From assembly GCF_009914755.1 (NCBI RefSeq), contig NC_060929.1: a DNA stretch of 64,000 bases, one strand, 5' to 3'. This DNA is from the human T2T-CHM13v2.0 reference genome, Homo sapiens. Below are positions 1 to 16,610 of this stretch, piece by piece (positions within the stretch are counted from its first letter, which is position 1; the number at the start of each line of letters is the position of its first letter). Position numbers and translations under genes: made by a program. Under the pieces are notes generated by a model. That model did no database searches. It worked only from the letters and a program-made list of their open reading frames with translations, and had not been told where the DNA came from.

Positions 1-881
1 GTCTTTTATAAACAAATTCTTGGCAAATAGATGTGTATATTCATAAGGTTGCCAGTTTTCCCTTAGGTTGAAATAGCAGCCTCAGCAGGATCGTGATATG
101 TGGAGGGGCTTGAAGAGGGGTGCTGGTTATTTCTGGAAAATTTTAATTTGCGTCTGTGCAGTTAAAGTGTGTTTATCATTTCTTTACTTTTCTCCACTCC
201 TATTTCATCTTGCCTCTCCCTTTCAACTTACTGTTCTACTCTTTACACCCACTTCCTTGAGAAAAGCACACATGGAGAGAGTGAGACAGTCAGCAGGGAG
301 CTTCATCCCAGTCCTGGTTCCTGTGCTGGCCTTGGCTCAAGCAAGGGGAGGAGCTAGAATCCCAGGCAAGGCCCAGGATCAAACAAGGGCTCTCCCCTCT
401 TGGAATCTGCCAATGGGGCTGCTCAGCAATAATTATGCTTGGGTCCCTTTGAATCGGGGGATTGGACCTCATGAGCTTCTGTAATTTTAAATCACACTCA
501 AGAGATGTCCAAGGGAAATTTGAGACTTTAATAAATAATCGTTATTTAAAATCAGTGTATTCTTTACTTTGTTCTACTGCCAACACACAGGGCTAATTTC
601 TACTGCCAACACACAAAGGAACACAAAGGGTTCCTTTGCTTACAACGGAGAGAAGAACGTTCAGGCTCCACTCAAGCCTCATGCATGGCTAAGGAATTCA
701 TGGTTGAAACTGGGGTCAAGTAGTAGACGTACGAATTCAATTCCTTCTAAAATTCTACTTCTATCTGACTAGAACTTCAGGCTACAGTCTTAAACTTCAA
801 CCATTATAGTAAAATTTACAAGTCCCAAATTTCTAAGTCAAAGTGTAGGTCAATTGCTTCACTTACTGAATGCATTTTGCC

Positions 882-2829
882 TTTTTAAAAAAAATTTGTA
901 CTTTAGGTTCAGGGTACCAGTACAGGTTCGTTATATATATATAGGTAAACTACATGTCATGGGGGTTTGGTGTACAGATTATGTTGTCACCCAGGTAATA
1001 AGTGTAGGACCTGACAGGTATTTTTTCTGACCCTCTTCCTCCTCCCACCCTCAACCCTCAAGCAGGCCCCGGTGTCTGTTGTTTTTCTCTTTGTGTCCAT
1101 GTATTCTCATTGTTTGGTTTCCACTTATAAGTGAGAAATTATGGTATTTGGTTTTACTGTTCCTATATTGATTTGCTTAGTATAATGGCCTCCAGCTCCA
1201 TTCATGTTGCTGCAAAGGACGTGGTTTTGTTCTTTTTATGGATGCATAATATTCCATGATATATATGTACCATATTTTCTTTATCCAGTCTACTGCTGAT
1301 GGGCGTTTAGTTGATTCCATGTCTTTGCTATTGTGAATAGTGCTGTAAAGAACATACAGATGCGTGTGATATGATAGAATGATTTACATTCCTTTGGGTA
1401 TATACCCAATGATGGGATTGCTGGGTCAAATGGTAATTCTATTTTAAGTTCCTTGAGGAATTGCCACACTGTTTTCCACAATGGTTGAACTAATTTACAC
1501 TCTCATCAGCAGTGTATAAGTGTCCCCTTTTCTCTGCATCCTCGCCAGGATCTGTTATTTGACTTTAAACATAATAGCCATTCTGACTTGTGTAAAATGG
1601 TATCTCATTGTGGTGTTGACTTGCTTTCTTTAATGATTAGTGAGTTGAGCATTCTTTTATATTCTTGTTGACCACATGTGTGTCTTTTTTGAAAAGTGTC
1701 TGTTCAGGTCCTTTGCCCACTTTTTAATGGGGTTGCTTGTTTTTGACTTGTAAACTAATTTATTTTTCACACAGATTCTGGGATATTAGACCTTTGTCAG
1801 ATGCATAGTTTGCAAATATTTTCTTCCATTCTGTACGTTGTCTGTTCACTCTATTGATAGTTTATTTTGCATGCAGAAGCTCTTTAGTTTAATTAGGTGT
1901 GACTTGTCATTTTTTGTTTCTGTTGCAATTGCCTTTGGAGTCTTCGTCATGAAATCTTTGTCAAGGCCTATGTCCAGAATGCTATTTCCCATTATCTTCC
2001 AGAATTTTTATAGTTTTAGGTTTTATGTTGAAGTATTTAATCCATCTTCAGTTTATTTTTGCATATGGTATAAGGAAGAGGTCCAGTTTCAATCTTCTGT
2101 ATATGGCTGGTCAGTTAGGCCAGCACCATTTATTGAATAGGAATTCCTTTCGCCATTGCTTGTTTTCGTCAGCTTTTTTGAAGATCAGATGGTTGTAGGT
2201 GTGCAGAATTATTTCTGCTCTCTATATTCTATTACATTTGGTCTATGTGTCTGTTCTTGCACCAGTAACATGCTGTTTTTATTACTGTAGTCTTGTAGTG
2301 TAGTTTGAAGTGATGCCTTCACTTCAAAACGTGATGCCTCTAGTCTTGTTCTTTTTGCTTGGTATTTCCTTGGCTATTTGGGCTCTTTTTTGGTTCCATA
2401 TGAATTTTTAAATCCTTTTTTCTAATTCTGTAAAAGTGCCATTGGTAGTTTGATAAAAATCACATTGAATCTGTAAATAGCTTTGGGCAGTGTGGCCATT
2501 TTATTAATTTAACTCTTCCTATCCACGAACATGGAAGGATTTTACATTTGTTTGTATCATCTCAGATTTTTTGAGTTATGTTTTATAATTCTTGTTGTAA
2601 TGATCTTTCACATCTCTGGTTAGCTGTATTCCTAGGTATTTTATTCTTTTTGTGGCAATTGTGAATGGGATTGCATTCCTGATTTGGCTCTCAGCTTGGA
2701 TGTTGCTGGTGTATAGAAATGCTGCTGATATTTGTACATTGATTTTGTATCCTGGAAGTTTGCAAAAGTTGTTTACTAGATCAAAGAGCTTTGGGACAGA
2801 GACTATGGGTTTTTCTACATATAGAATTA
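882..2829 (-). mobile_element. 5'-truncated LINE-1 (L1PA13-16-like): 3' UTR plus ORF2 C-terminal part
   Basis: T-rich tail at ~882, then reverse-complement L1 3' UTR. Minus-strand ORFs MWKTVWQFLKELKIELPFDPAIP (1290-1481) and ...[14 protein letters not shown] (2576-2836) are ORF2p fragments. Confidence 0.92.
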
Positions 2830-3679
2830 GAAACATTTTTTCTTATTGCACACTTAATTTTTTTTCTGGTTCATCTTTCTACATAGTATGTCAACCTTAA
2901 TTACTTCAAGTAATTTTAAGACCTATCACAACCACATGATTATGGAGAATATGACGTGCCGCATTTCGACAAATAGCAAAATGTAGGTCAAATCTGATTT
3001 CAAAATGGCATTTTTAGGGTAGAATGTTTTATTCTTTGTCACATTGCCCAACCTATTCATGGGGGAGGGATTAAGCTTCCATTTTTCATAGTACTTGATA
3101 TTTTTCTTCAAATTCTTTTCTACAGTGTTATCACATATTTCCCAATTTATTGTTTTAATGCTATACTTATACAAACAACAGGCTAAAACCGGATATGGAT
3201 GACTTCTATTTAAAGCTATTATTTTGCTAGTTACACTTCTTTAGTATAAGATTCATCATGCGGCAATGTCTTCATATGTTTCTTCTGCAGGAGCCTCCAA
3301 AGGCACAATGGAGTAGGTGAAGAAAATAATATAAACTGTTTCAATTTTCAAAGTAAGCATCCTTATGGCCAGTTTGTTGTACATGGAACAATTTAGTTGA
3401 AGAACAATATATTACCCAGATAAATTAAAGAGTTATTCTCTCTCTTGGGCTTAATAGTTTACTTATATGTAGAGACAAAAAAGTTCTTCACTAAAATTAT
3501 TTGGTTATTGTATTGATAGGTGTGTGTGTGTATGTGTGAAATTTTGCACAGTTTATAGCTTTTAAGCTAGATAGCTATTTTTAAATGCTTCTAAATATTT
3601 TCATCAAATATATACATATAGGAATTTAAAATTGAAATCCATTCATAAATGCTAATATCAAATCCTTATGAATAGTTAT

Positions 3680-5180
3680 TCTTTATCCAACATATTTGAA
3701 TGTTCACTCTGAGCCATCATGATATTCCTAGCATGCAAAATCTATCCTTGAAAAAAACCCAATGACTCCTAATCTATGGGCTTATATTTGACTTATAATG
3801 ATTTATAATCTATGGCTTATATTTCTTTATGGGGAAAAAGAGACTATAGGTAATAAACATGATAAACAAATTAAACAGTATATAGAAGTCAGTTACTGCT
3901 ATAAAAATAGAGCAAGTTAGGGGTATTAAGAAAGCTGGGGGGCATGGGTGTGTTGTAATTTGAATAAGGTGGTCAAAGAAGGCCTCATGAAAAGAGGAGA
4001 TTAGCAAAAGATTTGAAGAAGGGGAGGGAGTGAGCCATGTGAATATCTGAAGCAAGATTGGTCTAAAAAAAATGAAAAGTAAGAGCAAAACTCTAAATTT
4101 AGAGTCAGCCTGCCATGTTTTAAGAACAAAAGGAGGCAAGAGTAGCTGTAGAGGAGTGAGCATATGAGAACAGGGTAACAGGTAGTAGGAGTTAAGAACA
4201 TATGGTACCTTGTAGCACATTATAATGTTGTTGACTTAGTATAAGTAAAACAGAGATCCATTTAAATGATTTTAGCAGGAATGTTACATGACCTGACATG
4301 CACATACACTGGATGTGTCACCAATTTGTAAGGAAACTAGGCAAAGGTGGATTGTGAGGATAAATGTGGGAGATAAGGTATGTTAGGCTGGAATCCAGAT
4401 GGTGATGATGGCTCAGACAATGGTGGCAGAAATGGAGATTTCAAGAAGTGGCTTTAGACAGGATTATGGGTAGTTTGCCAATTGGATGGCTGAGATTCTG
4501 AGTACAGATGACAATGAGAGGGTAAATGTGGTTTATCTGATTGCTCCAATTTTCTCAGGCAAATAGGAACTAAGGTCATCAGCTGAGAGTGAGAATAGGA
4601 ATGAGTTCTTGGGAGTTTCCAGAGAAATGACAAGCTATCAAATAGTCATTTAAGAGAATAAGAGACTGAATGGATTAGAGAACACTAAAATGACTGTCTG
4701 AGAGTGTTAAGGACCTGCTATGAGGTTTATACTTTTGAATATGAAGTGGAACCAGTTCAGCATGGCTATGTATTTTTCTCCACAAGATTCAGCCGTACCT
4801 GGACTGGTACAGACGGAACAGAGAGTTGGTTTTAACCAGGATTATGGTTTTGCCAATGGGTATAAGGCAAAACGAAAGAGCACCAAGGGAGTCAAAAGTA
4901 TGTGCAAGATTGATCACAATGATTGGCTATGGAATCCAAGAACAGCAAGCACATATCAGTGATATTGAAATGGTGACAATAACAATGAATTGGCTCATAT
5001 AAAGGGATTGAAAAATTTGATGAAATAAGTTGAAAATTTAGGAGGTGGTGAAGTGTGGGATGCATGAAATTGAAATTATGATGTGTTGCACTTATTGATA
5101 ATGATTAGGTCTAGAATATTACCATGTGAGGGAGTGGCTGAAATAGGGTGCAAATCAAGATTACAGGATTGAAAGGGGTT
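3680..5180 (-). mobile_element. L2 LINE remnant
   Basis: L2 3' tail-like 'tccaacatatttgaatg' and 'ggtcaaagaaggcctcatga...gagtgagccatgtgaatatctg'; boundaries approximate. Confidence 0.65.
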
Positions 5181-5439
5181 CAGTTTGATGATCTAATATT
5201 CATGCTGCATTTTCAGTTGGTGACTTTTATAATTTTTTATTTCTTTTTGTTTCCTAGGGACATGATCAGAAAGAAGGGAGAATGATCAGAAAATGAATAC
5301 AAGGATCAAGGGGGATATTAAACCCTCCTCCATGTGCAGTGGTACACCCAGGGGAGGTATGCTCTAAGTTCCAATGTGTGCTTCACTTTTGATAATGGTA
5401 GAAGGACTAAGTTAACTCAGCATGAGTGGATTCTCTTTT

Positions 5440-5745
5440 TATCTCTATTTATTGTGTGTGTTTTTTTAATTATTTACATTCACAGGGTACATGTAGAATT
5501 GTGTTACATGGGTATATTGCATGATGCTGGCAATTAGCTTGGAAATCTCTAAACCGATTTCCACAGTGGCTGAACTAAATTGCATTCCCACTAACAGTGT
5601 ATAAGCATTTCATTTTCACAGTAGTCTCACTAACATCTGTGATTTTTTTGACTTTTTAATAACAGCCATTCTGACTAGTGAGACATGGTTTCTCATAGTG
5701 GTTTTAAGTTGCATCTCTCTGAAGGTTAGTAATGATGAGCATTTT
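5440..5745 (-). mobile_element. Short L1 3'-end fragment with internal deletion
   Basis: L1 3' terminus 'gggtacatgtagaattgtgttacatgggtatattgcatgatgctg' joined directly to 'ttccacagtggctgaactaaattgcattccca'. Confidence 0.75.
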
Positions 5746-9306
<3,561 letters not shown>

Positions 9307-9587
9307 ATTCATGAGAGGAGGTTTCACTCTTTTGATATACTGTAATTACCAAAATAAGTTCAATTTAAATCATATTTTCACATACTATTGCACTTCTAAA
9401 AACAAGCTTATGTATTATTCATATTAAAATAATATTTGAAGAGGCTGAAGATTCTACTGCCTAGATAAGAACCATGGAATTATCTACTCTAGTCTTCCTT
9501 GTCCATTTCTACACAACAAAAAACTGAAACACAATGTAGTTTTATCAGTAGGTAACTTCTGCACACTTAAGAGCACCAGGGTTACAC

Positions 9588-9790
9588 TCATCATTTGTGT
9601 ATTCACTTATTCAGCAAGTATTTGTTGTGTGCCTACTCTGTGACATGCCCTGTCCTGGGCCCTGGTAATATGATTATGCTATCCTTCTTAATGCTTACAA
9701 TCTAGTGGGGGAGACAACAATTAGATATGAAATTTTGGTAGAGTATTGTAAATGCACTGAGAGGGAAAGAAGTAGTTTTATTGAAATATA
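9588..9790 (-). mobile_element. L2 3'-end fragment
   Basis: 'attcacttattcagcaagtatttgttgtgtgcctactctgtg...cttacaatctagtgggggaga'. Confidence 0.65.
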
Positions 9791-9904
9791 AAGACAGCTC
9801 ACTGTGAACTAGTGACATCACTTTCTAATATGTGTTGTATTTTTCTCTTAACTTTGAAGTAACTCCTGAAACATACCACATAGCCTGTATTTCAGAATCT
9901 CAGC

Positions 9905-10055
9905 TCTAGTCCAATTTCTTCAATTCACAGTTGGGCAAATTGTGACCTAGAATGCTTTCGTGACTTGTCCAATTACATCAGCAAATGTGGGTGGAGCAGA
10001 AGTAGAACCTGCATCTCTTGAGACCAAACCTCAAGCCCAGTTATCTTTTCACTAA
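9905..10055 (-). mobile_element. MIR fragment
   Basis: MIR core-like 'cacagttgggcaaattgtgacctagaa...gtgacttgtccaa'. Confidence 0.5.
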
Positions 10056-11477
10056 GGAACTGTATCCGAGTGGCTTCAGGTTTTCAATGTGAAATGATAA
10101 CACACTGTTTGAAACTTACTTTTGGATAAAAGCCAAAGTTAAAACCAAACAAAATTTTGTTAAACCAGTAGTTGAAAAGAATATTAATTTCCTGCTAAGT
10201 TAGTATTTATTTCAGCTATTGGGGTGGTATTATCACAGGAAAAATTGTGCTTTTGGTTTAATTAATTTTATCAGATGTCAGTGAGGATAAAGTACATTTT
10301 TTTCTCAAGATTCTGGTTTAAACTCTTTTGTAACAATTTATTGAGGCTCAAATCACCTTCTGTTTGGACAGAGAACAGATGACAGTCTGGAAATCATGAC
10401 TTATGAAATAGAAGTCACCAAATAACCACTAAATAATAAGAAACACTAAAGAAGAAATGGCTGGGCTTCTGTGTAAAATAAAAAACATTAAAAACATACA
10501 AGTACCCTGTCCAACATTGATTCTTCTTCCTAATTGCAGAAGAACATAGCTCACTTAAATGGCTGGTCCAAAAAGCAGATTTTCAGCAAGGTTGTGATCA
10601 TTTTGAACTGAATTAAGCAGTGGAGTCTTAAGATATCCATTCAGTGTTCAGGAGACCAATAAACAGGAGGCAATAAACATATGTTTAATTTTTTCACATA
10701 AACTAAAACTCTTGGGCATTGTGAGATATTTTTTCTTTCTAGAAGAATCAGAATTTTCATGTTTTCACCAGTTAACAGCTTCTATGTTAACTCAGGAAGT
10801 TCTGAAACTCATTGCTTTAGTGCTAATAACACCTAGTTCACAGCATTTAAGTGGAAAAAAAGTGTTCTTATTCCTCTTGACTATAAATTGTTTTTGAAGG
10901 CATCCCTTAGCCAATACACACACACGCAAACACACAACCTTCTCCTTGTGGGGGAAATAAACTTTTCAAATGTTAGTGTTTAAGTGGTATAGTTGGTGCT
11001 AAAGTTCAAAGGAAGAACTAGATGAAGAACTAATAAATACAAAGGTGGGGGACAAAAATGTTGAAAAATAAGAAAATCAAACAGTTTCATGTACTGTCTG
11101 TACATAGGCATGAGTTCACAGGCAGAGTGTTTTATATGTCTATTATTAAAGGTTGGGAGAGAATAAAAGCCACTAAAGGGAAAGAAAAGATTGAAATTAG
11201 GGAAAAAAAGAAAATAAAGCACAGTTTCTTTTTCTTTATTTTATTTAATTCTTTTATTATATTTTATCTTTAACATGCCAGGCCATCACACTCTTCCTTA
11301 ATTAATTCATTTCTTGCAAAAGCATTGATATATAAGTAAAGTAAAATTTATTTTCCTTTTTTGTTCATTTGTTCTAATAATAAGGATAGAATTCCTCTAA
11401 TATTGTCCAACTTGATTATATAATATTGTGTTTTCTTCTTCATTCACACATTGATTCTTCACATTATTGAAACAAGA

Positions 11478-11795
11478 TAAGTATATAACACTTAAAAAAG
11501 GAAAGTCCATATCGGCCAATAAAATAACTCAAATAGATTAGAGAATCTAATCTATTGGCTAATCCATTGTGTGTGTATGTGTGTTGAATAGATTGTGTGA
11601 GTGTGCATATTGGCTGAAAGATAATCAGATTATTATACTGGCTAATATGGACTTTTCTTTTTTAAGTGTTATATACTTAAAATTATTAGATTAGATTCTT
11701 TAATATATTTGAATTATTATATTGGCTAATATTATGATCCAGTTATTGGCTAATAGGATCCAAGCCTTCTGATCATTAAGCCTTCAATCATCAGA
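11478..11795. repeat. Complex nested inverted-repeat cluster
   Basis: 11478-11527 vs revcomp 11630-11679 (45/50); 11509-11554 vs revcomp 11687-11732 (40/46); perfect hairpin 11532-11556. Confidence 0.9.
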
Positions 11796-11894
11796 AATTT
11801 AGATGAAGAGGGTTAATAGTGATGATCTGTCATATTTGAGACCTGGAATTCAAGAAGGAAAATATTTGATAAATTAATTTACTACAAGTTTATT

Positions 11895-12135
11895 TAACTA
11901 ATAAGTAATTATACACTATTCACAATGTAGCAGGCATTGTTTTCAATGTTTTAGAAACATAAATTAATTTAACCTTTATAACAACCCTGTAAGACAGGAT
12001 GTAGTATTTTTAACCTCATTTTAAACAATGTGAAACTGAGGGAACTAAGGTTAAGAAAAGTACTAAATATGACAAATCATGTAATGTGGTGATTATCCTT
12101 ACTCCACAAGCCATGGTCTTGATCACTATGGTATA
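11895..12135 (-). mobile_element. MIR
   Basis: 'aacctttataacaaccctgtaag...ctcattttaaacaatgtgaaactgaggg...ggttaag'. Confidence 0.7.
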
Positions 12136-12674
12136 CTTTCTTGAGATAAGCCAAAAGAGGGTTTCGCGTGATTTGAAATGTCTTAAACTCCCCTGAATTT
12201 GGACCCAGAATTTTGTACAACTACACCTGTAAGTATTTGATGGGAGTGAGGTTGAGATTTTGTAGTCATGATCCATATCTTTGATCAGTTTTATAGAAAA
12301 ATCTAAAACAAGATTTACAACCCTGGTAAAGGGAGAATTTTACTGATCTCCAATCAAGGAGACAGTATAAAACCCAACTCTACTTTGTGTTTCCCACTCT
12401 AGAAATGAAAGCCTAGACTATTTTGCAAGTGTTGTTTTCTCATTTCACTTGTTTTAACCCACAGAATGACCAACTTTGGGATTGACCACCCACGTGCAAT
12501 TTTAAGAATCACATACAGCATGCCATTACCAAAGAGCTATCATGTGGGAAATAGTTGAGAAATCAAGCTTCATTACACAGAAACCTGGGGAAATATTCCA
12601 AAGTCTTGCAGCCAGAGGCAATCATCAAACTTGTGTGTATTTATACTGGCCACTCTGTATGGAGGAGGAAGGTC

Positions 12675-13020
12675 TTATCTTAGGTTGTTTGGGCTGCATT
12701 AACAAAATTCCATGTAATGGGTAGCATAAAACAAGAGAACTTTATCTTTTCATAGTTCTTTAGGCTGGGAAGTCCAAGATCAAGTGTCTGATGAAGGCCC
12801 AATTTCTGGTTTATAGATGGTGCTTTCTCTCTGTGTTTTCACATGGTAGAGGAGCAAGGCAGGTCTCTGGGGCCTCTTTTATAAGGGCACTAATTCTATT
12901 CATGGGGACTCTACCATCATGACCTAGCACCACCCAAAGGCCTCATTCCTAATACCATGAAGTCAGCAATTAGGTTTCAACATATGATTTTTGAATGGAT
13001 AAAACATTCTGACCATAGCA
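12675..13020 (-). mobile_element. MaLR solo LTR (MLT1A-like)
   Basis: 'ggctgggaagtccaagatcaag', 'ttttataagggcactaat'; ends 'aacattctgaccatagca'. Confidence 0.85.
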
Positions 13021-13530
13021 CATCTTAAGGAAATGCTTCTGCTATAATCTGACTTGTCAGAGTGAATGAACTGACATTAGATGTGCAATACTAAGTAACA
13101 TAAAAAATAAGAAATGTGAGAGTTTGAAGAGTCTAGAGAATATTGAAACTTGTGTTAAGTTGAAAGCATGGCAGAGAAAAAAGAGGAAGGAGGGCAGCTT
13201 TGTTGGAACTACAAACTATGCTGAAAGTCTCCTTGCAGTAGAGGAGCCCAGTCTTCTGAATGTAAAGAAAATAAGAGCCTGATATTCTGTGAGACAGTAC
13301 TGAGAAGAGCAATAAGAATGAAAACCAGCATCAAATTGTATGACGTGCTAAAGAATGTGTCATGAGGAGGGATTAATGTAATCCCATGTCTGAAGACATC
13401 TCATGTACATGAGTCTCTCCATTTAGATGAGGAAAATGAATAATTTATAAAGAAGAATCATAGAGGACTTGGAAAGATCTTGATGGTGAGAAAGGTGTGG
13501 AGTGCAAACAGAGCTAACAAGTGAAAAATG

Positions 13531-13953
13531 TGCTATGGTTGAGATGGCTAGAGGCCATACTCTCCTTTCCCCACTGTACTGTTGTCACTGCAAAGTAGTT
13601 GTACATCTATGGGCTGTATTTCCCAGTCCTCTATCTGTGGCCATAGGACTAGTTCACACCTATAGAATCTGAGTAGAAATGACACCTGTCATTCCTAGGC
13701 CAGGTTCGTAAGAAACTCCCATGCATGATGTCCCATACTTTTCCCTTCTGTTGCTGTCTACAGAGGACTCCGAAGCCTTACGGATGAACAGATCTCCAAA
13801 GAGAAAGCAAAGTGAATTACCATGTGGAGAAAGGTTACCTGCCAGCAGGGAATAATTCTATTGGATTATTTGCTGATGAGACATAAAACTAGAATATATT
13901 GAAACACTAAAATTTTAAGTTATTTATTACAGAAACTAATATTACCCTGACAC
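13531..13953 (+). mobile_element. Old MaLR LTR (MLT1H-J-like)
   Basis: 'tatttcccagtcctc...tgtggccataggactagttc...gagtagaaatgacacctgtcattcctaggc'. Confidence 0.6.
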
Positions 13954-14135
13954 ACACACACACACTTTACCAAGGAAAAAAATAGAATGTGACAGTAAAC
14001 AGATTGTCAGTTACTTAAAACTTGTTAAACACCACTTTTTTCCTAAAGTTATGGTCTACACCTACCAAAAATGAATCATTAAGATCAAGAGGGTTAACAA
14101 GAACTTCTAAAATCTTGAAAAAGAAATGGAAAAAT

Positions 14136-14778
14136 GGCAAAGAATGGCTGACCTGAGAAATAAATGGGTGGCCAAATGCAAGACAGAAGCCCAAGGCCCT
14201 TGTTAGGTCTGAGGATCTCTGAAGTCCTGGGAAGAAGTCACTTGCCCACAGGAAGGTTTAAAGTAGATGCAGAGGAGAGAGAATATTCCCAAGCAAATGG
14301 AGAAGAAGGTGAATATGGTGAACATAAGTTGTGAAAGGAACAGAGAACTAACAATGAAGAAGGCGCCCAGGGATTCCAACAAGAACATTGTTAGGTAAAA
14401 ACAAACAAACAAACAAGAATTAACACGAATGTGGTATGCAGAATAATTGCTTCCCAAAGAAGTTCATGATCTGATCTCCAAAACATGTGAATATGTTGTT
14501 ACATGGCAAGAGGAAATTGCCAATGGAATTAATGTTGATAATCAGCTGGTCTAGAAGTAATGATTATGCTGGATTATCCATGAACCCAATGTAATAATTT
14601 TCTCCCAGATTTTTTCTTTTTTGAGAATATTTTAGGCCCCTGCCATCTACTTTAAAGCTTCCTTTGGGAAAATGACTTGCTCCCAGGGCATGAGAAATCC
14701 TCAGTCATAAGAAAGGTCTTGGGTTTCTGTCTTGCACTTGGCCAGCCACTTATTTCTCAGGTCATTAATTCTCTTGCC
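14136..14778. repeat. Inverted duplication (arms ~14136-14305 and ~14598-14778)
   Basis: Ungapped core 14149-14269 vs revcomp 14644-14764, 102/121 identical by hand. Confidence 0.93.
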
Positions 14779-15043
14779 TTGTCAAAATGCCAATGTTCAC
14801 TGAAGAAAAAAAGTGACATTTCATTATTCCTTTGATTGTGGAAGAAAGAGGCAGAAGAATAGCATCAAAGAGACATTTGAAGATGCTGCCCTGCTGGCTT
14901 TGAAGATGGAGGAAGAGACCATAAACCATGAAATACAGGTGGCCTGTAGAAGCTAGATAGGGCAAGGAAATGGGTTATCCCCTAAAGACTCCAGAAAGAA
15001 ATGTGACCTGGCAGAAATCTTGATTTTACTCTGGTGAGACCCT
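14430..15043 (+). mobile_element. MLT1D-like LTR interrupted by a non-LTR insert (~14597-14836)
   Basis: Starts 'tgtggtatgcagaataattgcttcccaaaga'; resumes 'gtggaagaaagaggcagaaga...tgctggctttgaagatggagg'. Confidence 0.85.
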
Positions 15044-15084
15044 TCCTTTCCCTTGCCCTCCCTATACACATATTCATATGTTAA

Positions 15085-15252
15085 CAACCGAATAGCACCT
15101 GTAACACTTACACATAACTGTTTACAAATCTCTTTCTTGTTAAGACCACTTAGGACAGAGATTATGACTTATTTTTCTATTTAGCCATCATGTTTGGGAT
15201 TTTCTAGACCTTGTTAGGTACTTAGTTAAATGCTTCTTGAATATAAATGAAA
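15085..15252 (+). mobile_element. L2 3'-end fragment
   Basis: Ends 'aggtacttagttaaatgcttcttgaatataaatga'. Confidence 0.5.
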
Positions 15253-15494
15253 TAAAGTGCCCCTTGGCAGAATACAAAACTAAGATACAATTGAAATAAA
15301 ATATAAAGAACAATTATGAAGGGAGTTTCTTTTTAATGTTATACTTAGAGAAAGAGGAACAATTATCTATGAATGTTAGTTGGAAAAATTTATTTCCCAT
15401 TTTTCTTCAACTTCTCTAATGAAGGGAATGGTATTTAACTCAATGGGTTGGCACAAACACAAGGAAGAACAATGTTTAAAGGCCTGGAGAAATC

Positions 15495-16610
<1,116 letters not shown>

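Noticed and set aside
98-484. 128-aa ORF
   Set aside because: No recognisable domain, low-complexity composition and no splice or promoter support.
12162-12177. E2F/CHR-like motif tttcgcgtgatttgaa
   Set aside because: Isolated in CpG-poor DNA with no promoter context; spacing is non-canonical.
13400-13413. Short palindromes (ctcatgtacatgag; also 60842-60864 and 61271-61303)
   Set aside because: Arms of 7-9 bp are expected by chance in AT-rich 64 kb.
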